Assembly: GCA_964631685.1 (NCBI GenBank)
Contig: CAZVZU010000004.1
Coordinates: 81,403-145,402, forward strand
Source: an uncultured Actinomycetes bacterium
GTDB lineage: Bacteria; SZUA-79; Acidulodesulfobacterales; Acidulodesulfobacteraceae
Length of the DNA stretch: 64,000 nt
Direction: 5' to 3'
How positions within the stretch are numbered: the first letter of the stretch is position 1; each line of letters begins with the position of its first letter. A program made the translations under genes and the position numbers. Of the stretch, positions 1 through 9,362 are shown one piece after another. The notes under the pieces are model-generated. The model did no database searches. It had not been told where the DNA came from and saw only the letters and a list, made by a program, of their open reading frames with translations.

Positions 1-665
1 GAAATCTCCTTATGAAAATTGCAGGCATCAATTTTCATATCAAAAGAATCTGAATGCACTAAGGGATGATCAAAATCCATACTATAGGATATCTCGAAAT
101 CGTTAGACGGATATACGGCAATGCTCATTTCTTCAACCATATTGCTTTTATTAGTAATAGGTCTACCCGCATCCGATACAACGCTATCGTTACTTACGAC
201 TATCGGTTTAAGTATCTCTATATATTTCCTACGTTCACCTAATTTTTTGATTCCACTTTCGTAAAAAGCATCGTAAAAACACCCTGCGCTTCCGTCCATA
301 GCCGGGATCTCGCCACCATAAACCTCAATCAGGACATTGTCAATACCTGCGCCCCATAGTGCCGACATTAAGTGCTCAACTGTGGATATGCACCTTCCGG
401 GCAAAATGCCGCCGTTGACCTTTTTTACGCTCCCTATGCTGGTTCTTAGTGTCGTAGAGCAAATATTACTGACATCGGCTCTAATTACGGCATTCGGCTT
501 TACATCCTTCCTTATAAACAGAATGCCGGAATTGGCTTTTGCCGGTTTTATCGTAATAGATGTTTCTTTCCCTGTATGCAACCCAATTCCCTTAAAAAAG
601 AGTACATCTGACACGGTACATTGACGTTCATCCTTGTCTTCCTTTAATATCGCATAGCTTCCCAT
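1..665 (-). CDS. lpxC: UDP-3-O-acyl-N-acetylglucosamine deacetylase (3' end runs off window)
   Basis: Not in ORF track. Manual minus-strand translation gives QCTVSDVLFFKGIGLHTGKETSITIKPA...ISTVEHLMSALWGAGIDNVLIEVYGGEIPAMDGSA (GxGLHTG, TVEHL, EIPxMDGS motifs). ATG 665 has an AGAGGGG SD; in-frame ATG 695 is an alternative start. Confidence 0.93.
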   Translation of the reverse strand, partial: MGSYAILKEDKDERQCTVSDVLFFKGIGLHTGKETSITIKPAKANSGILFIRKDVKPNAVIRADVSNICSTTLRTSIGSVKKVNGGILPGRCISTVEHLMSALWGAGIDNVLIEVYGGEIPAMDGSAGCFYDAFYESGIKKLGERRKYIEILKPIVVSNDSVVSDAGRPITNKSNMVEEMSIAVYPSNDFEISYSMDFDHPLVHSDSFDMKIDACNFHKEI

Positions 666-753
666 AATAATTCGACCCCTCTTAGTAACTTCCATAGAAT
701 TAAATATCAACGATCAAGCAAGAACCCCATAAGACAAAGCTATATTATGTTTA

Positions 754-769
754 TGCAAAAAACATGCCA
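754..769 (-). promoter_or_regulatory. sigma-54 -24/-12 promoter upstream of lpxC
   Basis: Minus strand TGGCAT-GTTTT-TTGCA, matching TGGCAC-N5-TTGCA. Confidence 0.7.
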
Positions 770-876
770 TTTTTTGCATAAAATACATAATAAATAAAGT
801 TAACAAAATTAGTAAGTTATATGAAAAATAGATACAACAATGCAATTCGCTTATTCAACATGAATTTTTTTTCATA

Positions 877-910
877 TGTCTTAATGCGAACTAAAATTCG
901 CATTAAGACA
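877..910. repeat. 14-bp perfect inverted repeat (enhancer site or queH 3' hairpin)
   Basis: TGTCTTAATGCGAA-ctaaaa-TTCGCATTAAGACA. Confidence 0.6.
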
Positions 911-945
911 ACCGTGCAGTGTGCAATAAAGCAGATTTATTTATT

Positions 946-1491
946 TTAAATTTTTTTATAAAATCTCTCTTTTTCACTATAAATACAGCCGCAATAGTTT
1001 TGCCTGTAAAGGTTGTAGTCATGAGATAATTTTATACCTTCCTTATAGCCTAATCGAAAATCCTCATAGTAAAATTTAACTCCATATTTTGTTTCCAGAT
1101 TAAAACCTACATCCTTGATATAATCATGTTTTTGATGTTTGCTATATAAAAGCGTTGTTGAAAAATGACTAAATTTTGAGGATAAAGCAAGCTTCACTGT
1201 TTTTTCAAGCCGGCTGCCAATACAGTAATAACAACGGTTTTCTTCTCTGAATACAACATTCCTGAGGAATTCCTCCATATCGTAGTTCTTTTCATATATA
1301 ACCTTGAAATTGACCGATTTACTAAATTTTTCAAGTGATTCCTTCCTTTTTAGGTACTCGCTGTAAGGATGAATATTGGGGTTATAAAAATACCCGATAA
1401 CAATGTCAAACTTTTTAGTTACAACGGTGTAAGGATACATTAAGCAGGGGGAACAGCAGGTATGTAATAAAAGTTTATTTCCGTCTTTCAT
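946..1491 (-). CDS. queH: epoxyqueuosine reductase QueH
   Basis: LLLHTCCSPC, FYNPNIHP, RCYYC, YRQNYCGC motifs. Confidence 0.92.
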   Translation of the reverse strand: MKDGNKLLLHTCCSPCLMYPYTVVTKKFDIVIGYFYNPNIHPYSEYLKRKESLEKFSKSVNFKVIYEKNYDMEEFLRNVVFREENRCYYCIGSRLEKTVKLALSSKFSHFSTTLLYSKHQKHDYIKDVGFNLETKYGVKFYYEDFRLGYKEGIKLSHDYNLYRQNYCGCIYSEKERFYKKI

Positions 1492-1509
1492 AATTGAGTA
1501 TATATAATA

Positions 1510-2622
1510 CTAATTGCCAACTTCTTTTTCTTTAATAAGTCCAAAGTGACTATAAGCCGATTCAGTGGCAATCCTGCCTTTTTTGGTTCTCAGTATGAAA
1601 CCGCAGGAAACTAAATATGGCTCGACAACGTCTTCAAGGGTACCCTTTTCATCGTTCATTGCTTGCGCAACCGTCTCTATTCCTACGGGCCCACCTCCGA
1701 ATTTATCTATTATCGTTCTTAAAAAAAACTTATCGTTATCGTCAAGGCCAAGCTCGTCAATACCGAGACTTTCAATGCCAAACCTAGCAACATCTGCGTC
1801 AACTGTATCTTTTTTTAAATAAAACATATAATCTCTTAATCGTCTTAATAATCTATTTGCAATCCTTGGAGTGCCCCTTGAACGACGCGCAATTTCAAAA
1901 GCAGCATTATTCTCTATCTTGATACCGTAAAGAAATGCACTTCTCGTAATAATTACCGCAAGTTCATCAGGCTCATAATACTCAAGCCTAGAAGAAAAAC
2001 CGAATCTGTCGCGAAGTGGGGATGGGATAAGCCCTGCCCTTGTGGTTGCACCTATGAGAGTAAATCGCGGCAGACTGATACGTATAGACTTAGCAGTCGC
2101 ACCCTCGCCTATTATTATATCAAGCTTAAAATCCTCCATTGCAGGATACAACATTTCAGCAGCCGGCTTAGGAAGTCTATGTATCTCGTCTATGAATATG
2201 ATATCCCCGTTAGAAACTGAGGATAAAAGCGCCGCAATATCTCCCGCTTTCTCAATAGATGGCCCTGATGTTATTTTTATGTTAACTCCGAGTTCGTGAG
2301 ATATAATATTTGCAAGCGTTGTCTTGCCAAGTCCGGGTGGTCCGAAAAACAAAAGGTGATCTAAGTCGTGATGACCAAGTGTTATGCTCCTTTTCTTGGA
2401 TGCATTTATGAATATTAAAAGATTTTTTTTAAGCTTTGTCTGCCCGATATATTCATCAAAACAGGTAGGCCTTACCGGATTATCGAAGTCGTTGCCCCCA
2501 GGGTTATTAATCTCTTCACTATCCTTATTGACACCGGCAACGCGGGAAGATGAGGAAGATTTCTTGTCACCTTTAATATTGTTACCGCCTTCTGTAGTAA
2601 AATCTTTTTTAAAAGAACTCAT
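1510..2622 (-). CDS. ruvB: Holliday junction branch migration helicase RuvB
   Basis: GPPGLGKTT, FIDEIHRL, RSRGTPRIANRLL; clustered with ruvA and ruvC. Confidence 0.97.
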   Translation of the reverse strand: MSSFKKDFTTEGGNNIKGDKKSSSSSRVAGVNKDSEEINNPGGNDFDNPVRPTCFDEYIGQTKLKKNLLIFINASKKRSITLGHHDLDHLLFFGPPGLGKTTLANIISHELGVNIKITSGPSIEKAGDIAALLSSVSNGDIIFIDEIHRLPKPAAEMLYPAMEDFKLDIIIGEGATAKSIRISLPRFTLIGATTRAGLIPSPLRDRFGFSSRLEYYEPDELAVIITRSAFLYGIKIENNAAFEIARRSRGTPRIANRLLRRLRDYMFYLKKDTVDADVARFGIESLGIDELGLDDNDKFFLRTIIDKFGGGPVGIETVAQAMNDEKGTLEDVVEPYLVSCGFILRTKKGRIATESAYSHFGLIKEKEVGN

Positions 2623-2643
2623 ATATGCTATTTTTTCATTTTA

Positions 2644-3366
2644 TTAATTCTTTAATGAGTATATATACCTTAAACACTCTTTGGTCAAATCTTCGACGGT
2701 GATACTTGGCACCCCGCCATCTATCACATTTTTATAAACCTTACTTGCAAGATTAAACGATTCTAATCTTGAATATCCCAACGCCTCTAATGCGCCGGAT
2801 GAGTCAAAAATAACTGAGGCCGATTGATTATGATCATCATCAGATCCGTCAATCGGCCTTACGTCAACGCATCCCTGCAACGTAAGTGACGTTTTGTTTT
2901 CACTGATGTCATCGCAATGATTATTACAAAGATCTTCTGCCTTTATATCGTTAATTAAAGCAGGTTTCTTGAAAATTTTATTTTTAAGTTCCATAATTAT
3001 GCGCTCAGCCTTAGTTCTCCCTATGCCCTTAATTTGAGATAGGGCAGACACGTCTTGCATGGTCAATATATTTAAAAAATTATTGGCATCTATGCTTGAA
3101 ATAACCGTTAAAGCGAGCTTAGGTCCGACATTTTTGACCTCCAGAAGGAGATTAAAAACTTCCCTCTGAATAGATGTATAGAAGCCGTAAAGGGTGATTT
3201 TATCTTCTCTGACGTGGGTATAAATAAAAAGGCTAAGAACGTCTAAGATTTTCAACTGCTCCGATGCAGGAAGAAAAACCTCGTATCCGACCCCATTTGT
3301 TTCCAGTATTATAGAGAATTTTTCATTATCTCTATAAATTACCCTTCCCTTTAAATAGGCAATCAT
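2644..3366 (-). CDS. ruvA: Holliday junction DNA-binding protein RuvA
   Basis: MIAYLKG, GVGYEV, HVRED, GPKLAL, GIGRTKAERIIMELK, ALEALGY. Confidence 0.95.
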   Translation of the reverse strand: MIAYLKGRVIYRDNEKFSIILETNGVGYEVFLPASEQLKILDVLSLFIYTHVREDKITLYGFYTSIQREVFNLLLEVKNVGPKLALTVISSIDANNFLNILTMQDVSALSQIKGIGRTKAERIIMELKNKIFKKPALINDIKAEDLCNNHCDDISENKTSLTLQGCVDVRPIDGSDDDHNQSASVIFDSSGALEALGYSRLESFNLASKVYKNVIDGGVPSITVEDLTKECLRYIYSLKN

Positions 3367-3370
3367 ATGG

Positions 3371-3895
3371 TTATTTTAATGAGTAGATAAAGTTTGACAT
3401 ATCAGTAGCGCAACAAACTGCAATTGCAACCGCATCCGATATGTTGTCATCCATATTATCACTTAAAAAGGCTCTAATGCCAGAGCTCTTAGGAGCATAT
3501 ATCATGTTTAAAGCCTCTTTCATTTGCTGCTTATTCGCATTACCGTAACCTGCAATACTCTTTTTTACAAACCTAGGCGAATATTCCCTTAATTTTATAT
3601 TGAAAACCGATGATAAGAGGCATATGACCCCCCTTGCCTGCGACAATTTAATCAAGGATGCTGGATTTACCCCTGAAAACACAGATTCCAGAGACATCAT
3701 GGTCGGCAAATACTCGTCTATAATCTCTTTTAGCTCTTCGTAAATTTTATTTAAATTATTGGGAAATTTAATATTTCTCGAATCAATTGACCCGCATGAT
3801 ATAAGATCAAAAACCCCTCCGAAGAATGGTAAATCCAAAACCGCCCAGCCAGTCAATCTTGAACCGGGATCAACCCCTATTATTCTGTAACTCAT
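3371..3895 (-). CDS. ruvC: Holliday junction resolvase RuvC
   Basis: IIGVDPG, LSQARGV, GYGNANK, DAVAIAVC. Confidence 0.95.
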   Translation of the reverse strand: MSYRIIGVDPGSRLTGWAVLDLPFFGGVFDLISCGSIDSRNIKFPNNLNKIYEELKEIIDEYLPTMMSLESVFSGVNPASLIKLSQARGVICLLSSVFNIKLREYSPRFVKKSIAGYGNANKQQMKEALNMIYAPKSSGIRAFLSDNMDDNISDAVAIAVCCATDMSNFIYSLK

Positions 3896-3906
3896 GAGGA
3901 AATATC

Positions 3907-4641
3907 TTAATCCTCCGCATCCGGCATATCAAAATTTGCATAAATGTTTTGAATACCGTCTATCTCTTCTAACGCATCCATTAGCTTAATCATTTGCTCT
4001 GCTTCTTTTCCTTTAACTTCTATATTTGTCTGGGGCAAATAGGAAAGCTCGTAAAACTTTTCCTTTAAGCCGTTAGATTCAAATGCAGATTTTACACTCT
4101 CTAAATCTTTTACATCGGTATAAACAAGAACCTCGTCTTCTTCGGTTTTTATATCTTCCGCTCCGGCATCGAGTGCAATCTCCATAACCTTATCTTCAGA
4201 GTGTATATTCGCATCGAATCCAATCACGCCTTTCTTGTTAAACATCCACAGAACACATCCGGGCTCTCCAAGACTACCCCCATGGCGGGACAATGCGTGC
4301 CTAACCTCTGAAACAGTCCTGTTTTTATTATCTGTTAGCGTATCTATAAGCAATGCTACACCGGCGGGACCATATCCTTCGTATATTATTTCCTCGTAAG
4401 TTTCCCCTTCAAGCTCTCCCGCCCCTTTTTTGATGGCTCGCTCGATGTTATCCTTGGGCATATTTGCAGCCTTAGCTTCATCAACAGCAAGTCTTAATCT
4501 TGGATTTGACGATATATCTTTACCGCCTATTTTTGTGCTTGTAATGATCTCATGAATAATGTTGGTAAATATTTTACCCTTCTTTATATCTAATGCTCCT
4601 TTTTTTCTTTTGATCGTACTCCACTTACTGTGACCCGACAT
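3907..4641 (-). CDS. yebC: YebC/PmpR family protein
   Basis: MSGHSKWSTIK, YEGYGPAGVA, TDNKNRT; adjacent to ruvC. Confidence 0.95.
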   Translation of the reverse strand: MSGHSKWSTIKRKKGALDIKKGKIFTNIIHEIITSTKIGGKDISSNPRLRLAVDEAKAANMPKDNIERAIKKGAGELEGETYEEIIYEGYGPAGVALLIDTLTDNKNRTVSEVRHALSRHGGSLGEPGCVLWMFNKKGVIGFDANIHSEDKVMEIALDAGAEDIKTEEDEVLVYTDVKDLESVKSAFESNGLKEKFYELSYLPQTNIEVKGKEAEQMIKLMDALEEIDGIQNIYANFDMPDAED

Positions 4642-4902
4642 AAAACCTCCGTAACGTTATAAGGATGTCTTCTTTTACCGACTTACCGAATCCAATATTT
4701 TTATTGACCATATGTTATGGGAATGACTTCTATCGTATACGTAACAGGTCAATGTTATTATTTATTTATATTAAAGTCAAATTAATTAGCATAGGAATGT
4801 TGCCAGGAATAGTTACATTAAATTAGGCCACGGTAAATATCCGTATATTTTTAAAGTACCGGGGTGTGTCTATAATCGCCTAAAAATACTTTGCTTATTA
4901 TA

Positions 4903-4987
4903 TGGTGCGAAAGGGGGGAGTCGAACCCCCATGGGTTTCCCCGCTGGATTCTAAGTCCAGTGCGTATACCAGTTTCGCCACTCTCGC
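4903..4987 (-). tRNA. tRNA-Leu(TAG)
   Basis: GCGAGAG...CTGGA-CT-TAG-AA-TCCAG, long variable arm, GGTTCGACTCC, CCA end. Confidence 0.95.
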
Positions 4988-5068
4988 AAAGATAAACTTT
5001 TGAATCAGATAAGCTATATCAAAAATTAAAGAAAGGTATTAAGCGCGTTCGCTTATCGAAGTTTTTAA

Positions 5069-5145
5069 TGGCGGGGCCGACGGGGATCGAACCCGCGACC
5101 TCCGGCGTGACAGGCCGGCGTTCTAACCGTCTGAACTACAGCCCC
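5069..5145 (-). tRNA. tRNA-Asp(GTC)
   Basis: GGGGCTGTAGTTCAG...CCGGC-CT-GTC-AC-GCCGG...GGTTCGATCCC...GCCA. Confidence 0.96.
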
Positions 5146-5235
5146 GTTTAAGATATAAAACCTTTTTATACAGTCTCAATTATAATAATTTAAGAGAAAA
5201 AGTCAAGGAATTAATGAAACTTACTAAACTTTACT

Positions 5236-5312
5236 TGGTAGGCGGAACAGGGCTCGAACCTGTGACCCCCGGCGTGTAAAGCCGATGCTCTAACCAACTG
5301 AGCTACCCGCCC
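5236..5312 (-). tRNA. tRNA-Val(TAC)
   Basis: GGGCGGGTAGCTCAG...TCGGC-TT-TAC-AC-GCCGG...GGTTCGAGCCC...ACCA. Confidence 0.96.
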
Positions 5313-5505
5313 GTGAACCAATGACTACAAAAAACAGAATTACCCCGGTTTTCAACCTTACGGATCCTTTTCGGGCTTCCTGTTTTCACTAAAACTTCAT
5401 TTTATACTCGCGCGTCCATTTATGAATGCCAACGGACACAGACCGCCCCCGTTTTTATATATCTAAAAAACGAGAGCGAAAAATTAAATCACAGTATAAA
5501 ATTAC

Positions 5506-5787
5506 CTACTTTCCAGAATTAACTGCTTCTTTAAAAGATTTTCCGGGCTTAAACTTTGGAGACTTAGATGCCTTAATTTGAATCTCTTCACCTGTCTGAG
5601 GATTCCTTCCTTTTCTTGCCGCCCTTTTAGTAACTTCAAATGTGCCAAAACCGACAAGCCGAACAACATCATTCTTTTTAAGAGCGTTAATGATGGCGCC
5701 AATCGTCGCACTAAGCGCTTTTTCACTATCAGTCTTAGTAAGCTTGGAGAGTTTTGCAATTGCATCTACCAATTCTGCTTTTGTCAT
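5506..5787 (-). CDS. hup: DNA-binding protein HU
   Basis: MTKAELVDAIA, LVGFGTF, GRNPQTGEEI, FKPGK; AGGAGG SD. Confidence 0.96.
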   Translation of the reverse strand: MTKAELVDAIAKLSKLTKTDSEKALSATIGAIINALKKNDVVRLVGFGTFEVTKRAARKGRNPQTGEEIQIKASKSPKFKPGKSFKEAVNSGK

Positions 5788-6013
5788 ACCTGACTTCCTC
5801 CTTTACGTTTTAAGGGTTTAATAGTTAACTTTTTAATAATTACTACTCAATACTCAATGTCCGCAAGGGCTCATATAAACATACTTAATATATATACATT
5901 TCCATTATGTATGTCAATAAAAAAACTACTCTGCCCCTGGGTTTGCAAACTAACACATCGCGTTAACTACTTTACGCCGATGTTACGGGAGCGACTCAAC
6001 GCCGCAAGACTGG

Positions 6014-7351
6014 CTATCGGCCGTACTTAGCCTGGCTATCCTTTTCGTAGAGAAGGATAGGAAGTCCATTATTTTTAATTACATCGTCGTTGATAATACA
6101 TTCCTTAATCGTCAGGTCCGTCGGTATGTCGTACATGACATCCAACATCACAGATTCTAAAATAGTCCTTAACCCTCTTGCCCCAGAACCATGCGCTACC
6201 GCCTTTTTTGTAATTTCCTTAATTGCAGAATCGGTAAATCTCAAATTAACATTTTCCAACTCAAATAATTTTTGATACTGTTTTACCAAGGCATTTTTAG
6301 GCTTCGTCAGAATTTCGATAAGAGCATCCTTATCCAACTCTCCAAGTGTGGCTATAACCGGTAGTCTGCCGATGAATTCTGGAATAAGTCCATAGTCTAA
6401 TAAATCTCTAGTCTCAACCTGCTTGATCACTTCGTAAGGATCGACTGATTTACCAGACTTTGAAATTGTGTTGAAACCTATCGGTTGGGAATGAATTCGC
6501 CTCTCGATAACTTTGTCTAAACCGTTAAATGCACCACCACAAATAAATAGAATATTGCTTGTATCTATTCTGAGAAATTCTTGGTGCGGATGCTTCCTGC
6601 CGCCCTTTGGGGGAACATTTGCTATAGTACCTTCGATTATTTTTAAAAGCGCCTGCTGAACGCCCTCTCCTGAAACATCTCTCGTTATAGAAACATTATT
6701 CGATTTTTTTGTTATCTTGTCAATTTCATCCACATATATAATTCCTTTCTGAGCCCTTTCTATGTCATAATCCGCATTCTGCAAAAGAGATAGAAGAATA
6801 CTTTCAACATCTTCGCCGACATACCCTGCTTCCGTAAGTGTCGTGGCATCGGCTATAACAAAGGGCAAATCAAGCATACGAGCAAGCGTTTGCGCCAAAA
6901 GCGTTTTACCGCTACCCGTAGGTCCAATTACTAAAATATTACTTTTTTGCATCTCAACATCCGGATATTTTTTATCTTTTTCGTTGTGTACCGTATCATT
7001 ATCCGAACTTTTAACAGCAAGATTATGCTCTATCCTCTTGTAATGATTATAAACTGCAACAGCAAGAACCTTCTTTGCTTTTTCTTGGCCTACTACATAT
7101 TGATCTAAAAAAGTTTTAATCTCTACAGGCTTATATAAAGGGTTTTTAACCTTAATATCTGTACTGAGAGGCTTACTTTCCTCTGATATTATATCGTTAC
7201 AAAGGCTAATGCATTCATCGCAAATGTAAACGGAAGGACCTGCTATGAGTTTCCTGACCTCATCCTGCGACTTACCGCAAAAAGAGCAATAAAGCTCCCT
7301 CTCGGTGTTATCACCGTTACCATTACTGTTATTATTACTTTTTCTTGCCAT
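6014..7351 (-). CDS. clpX: ATP-dependent Clp protease ATP-binding subunit ClpX
   Basis: CSFCGK zinc finger, [24 protein letters not shown] loop. Confidence 0.97.
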   Translation of the reverse strand: MARKSNNNSNGNGDNTERELYCSFCGKSQDEVRKLIAGPSVYICDECISLCNDIISEESKPLSTDIKVKNPLYKPVEIKTFLDQYVVGQEKAKKVLAVAVYNHYKRIEHNLAVKSSDNDTVHNEKDKKYPDVEMQKSNILVIGPTGSGKTLLAQTLARMLDLPFVIADATTLTEAGYVGEDVESILLSLLQNADYDIERAQKGIIYVDEIDKITKKSNNVSITRDVSGEGVQQALLKIIEGTIANVPPKGGRKHPHQEFLRIDTSNILFICGGAFNGLDKVIERRIHSQPIGFNTISKSGKSVDPYEVIKQVETRDLLDYGLIPEFIGRLPVIATLGELDKDALIEILTKPKNALVKQYQKLFELENVNLRFTDSAIKEITKKAVAHGSGARGLRTILESVMLDVMYDIPTDLTIKECIINDDVIKNNGLPILLYEKDSQAKYGR

Positions 7352-7410
7352 ATTTTTTATTACCTCTTTTGCTCTGATATCACACTAAATATTCTAAACT
7401 AACTAAAAAA

Positions 7411-8010
7411 TTATTTCACGCTTTTAATATTTTTTTTCTCTACAACTTTGTCTACAATACCATACTCGACCGATTGTTCGCCACTCATATAAAAATCCCT
7501 CTCAGTATCAATTTGAATCTTATCTATCGGCTGGGCAGTATGTGTTGCAAGGATGAGATTTAACTCCTCTCTCATCCTAAGGATCTCCCTCGCTTGTATG
7601 TCAATATCGGTGGCCTGTCCTTGAAAGCCACCGGCCGGCTGATGTATCATAATCCTGGAATGGGGAAGAGTGAACCTTTTCCCCTTTGCGCCTGCGGCTA
7701 AAAGCACAGCACCCATACTCGCCGCCTGCCCCATACAAAGCGTAGAAACATCCGGTTTTATATATTGCATAGTATCATAAATAGCAAGACCGGAGGTTAT
7801 AACACCACCGGGGGAATTTATATAAATACTAATATCCTTTTCAGGGTCCTCCGACTCAAGAAATAACAATTGTGCTATGATTACATTTGCAAAACTATCG
7901 TCTATTGCCTCGCCTATAAATACAATCCTATCCTTTAGAAGACGAGAATAAATATCGTATGCCCTCTCCCCTCGATGTGTTTGTTCTATGACCATTGGAA
8001 TAAGCGACAT
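7411..8010 (-). CDS. clpP: Clp protease proteolytic subunit
   Basis: [29 protein letters not shown]. Confidence 0.97.
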   Translation of the reverse strand: MSLIPMVIEQTHRGERAYDIYSRLLKDRIVFIGEAIDDSFANVIIAQLLFLESEDPEKDISIYINSPGGVITSGLAIYDTMQYIKPDVSTLCMGQAASMGAVLLAAGAKGKRFTLPHSRIMIHQPAGGFQGQATDIDIQAREILRMREELNLILATHTAQPIDKIQIDTERDFYMSGEQSVEYGIVDKVVEKKNIKSVK

Positions 8011-8062
8011 GTCCTTTGTTCTCCTTATAATTTATTTTTACTATGCAATGATATGCATATAT

Positions 8063-9301
8063 CTATACGTATGATACCTTATTTTCAAGAATAAAATCAA
8101 ATATTTTATCATCAAGCAACGCATGCCTTAAGTTATTATTGGCTTCATCAGATGTGTAAAACCCTCTTACCTCGTCTTCTTTTAAACCGGACTCGGCGAC
8201 TGTTCTCTTATAAAATTCTTCAAAATCACTTTCTTCCACTTTAATACTTTCTACTTCGGAAATCTTGGCAAATAATAAATATAATGCCAAATCACGTTTT
8301 GCCATAATTCTTAGTACATTCATTAAATTATCTTTTTGTTTACCGTCCGCATCCTTATATTTACCCTGTTTCTTTAGTTCCTCTAACCTCGTTAACGCAT
8401 CTTCCTCAACTATGCTTTCCGGTAACTCTACCGGATTAAGCCTGACAAGCTCATCAGATACGGCAATCCTAATAGATTCCTTATACCTCTTATTCTCGTA
8501 GCCTATAAGATTCTTTTTGACATATTCCTTGAATCCATCAATATCCTTAAAATCACCAAAATTTTTAATCGTAGCAACATTAAGTTCGGGCATTATTTTT
8601 TTATTTATCTCCTTGATAACGCCTTTTACCGTGACATTTCTCTCTTTGTCGTTATATTCAAAAGTATCACCCTTCTTTTTACCCACAAAAACAGATTCGA
8701 ATAACTTGTCTATAATATTAGAATTAAGGCTTATTAAATAATTCTTGGCATTATCCACCTCTTTGCCCGTTTCATCTAATGTAATGTAATCTATTTTAAT
8801 AAAATATCTATCGGTAGTGTTTATGGCAATAGATTCATCTTGTTCCTCACTATCTGCGGTTCGCTCAAGCAAAAAATCTATTTCTTCCTTAATAATATCT
8901 TCGGTTATTTCTCGTTTGTCTATAGCCTTAATCTTCATATCTAAATTTAGATTTTGCACGGAAGGCATAACCTCAAAATGTATAGAATATTCATTATCGT
9001 CCTTTTCCTCAATATTTGGGGTTCCTACAACAATAATCTTTTTTTCGGCTAATATTTTCCTGAAATCCTCATTTAAAATCTCAGCCGTAGCCTCTTCGAG
9101 AAGTTCTGCCTCATAAAACTTTTTGATAATGGACAGCGGAGCCTTTCCCGGCCTAAAACCCTTTATACTGGACTTTTTAGCCGCATTTTCCAACTTCTTT
9201 TTCAAGAGCTCGTCAACCCTTGTACTATCTAATTTTAAACTAACCCTTTTTTTTATTGAGGTCTCATCCTCTATAGTGACATCGGCAACCGCATTATCCA
9301 T
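8063..9301 (-). CDS. tig: trigger factor
   Basis: GFRPGKAP ribosome-binding motif; tig-clpP-clpX order. Confidence 0.92.
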   Translation of the reverse strand: MDNAVADVTIEDETSIKKRVSLKLDSTRVDELLKKKLENAAKKSSIKGFRPGKAPLSIIKKFYEAELLEEATAEILNEDFRKILAEKKIIVVGTPNIEEKDDNEYSIHFEVMPSVQNLNLDMKIKAIDKREITEDIIKEEIDFLLERTADSEEQDESIAINTTDRYFIKIDYITLDETGKEVDNAKNYLISLNSNIIDKLFESVFVGKKKGDTFEYNDKERNVTVKGVIKEINKKIMPELNVATIKNFGDFKDIDGFKEYVKKNLIGYENKRYKESIRIAVSDELVRLNPVELPESIVEEDALTRLEELKKQGKYKDADGKQKDNLMNVLRIMAKRDLALYLLFAKISEVESIKVEESDFEEFYKRTVAESGLKEDEVRGFYTSDEANNNLRHALLDDKIFDFILENKVSYV

Positions 9302-9362
9302 TAAAATCCCCTTAGTTTATTAATTTAATTTATAATTAATTTTTATTATATTATATGATTAA

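Noticed and set aside
337..624. 95-aa plus-strand ORF
   Set aside because: Antisense shadow of lpxC, which the track missed because it runs off the window.
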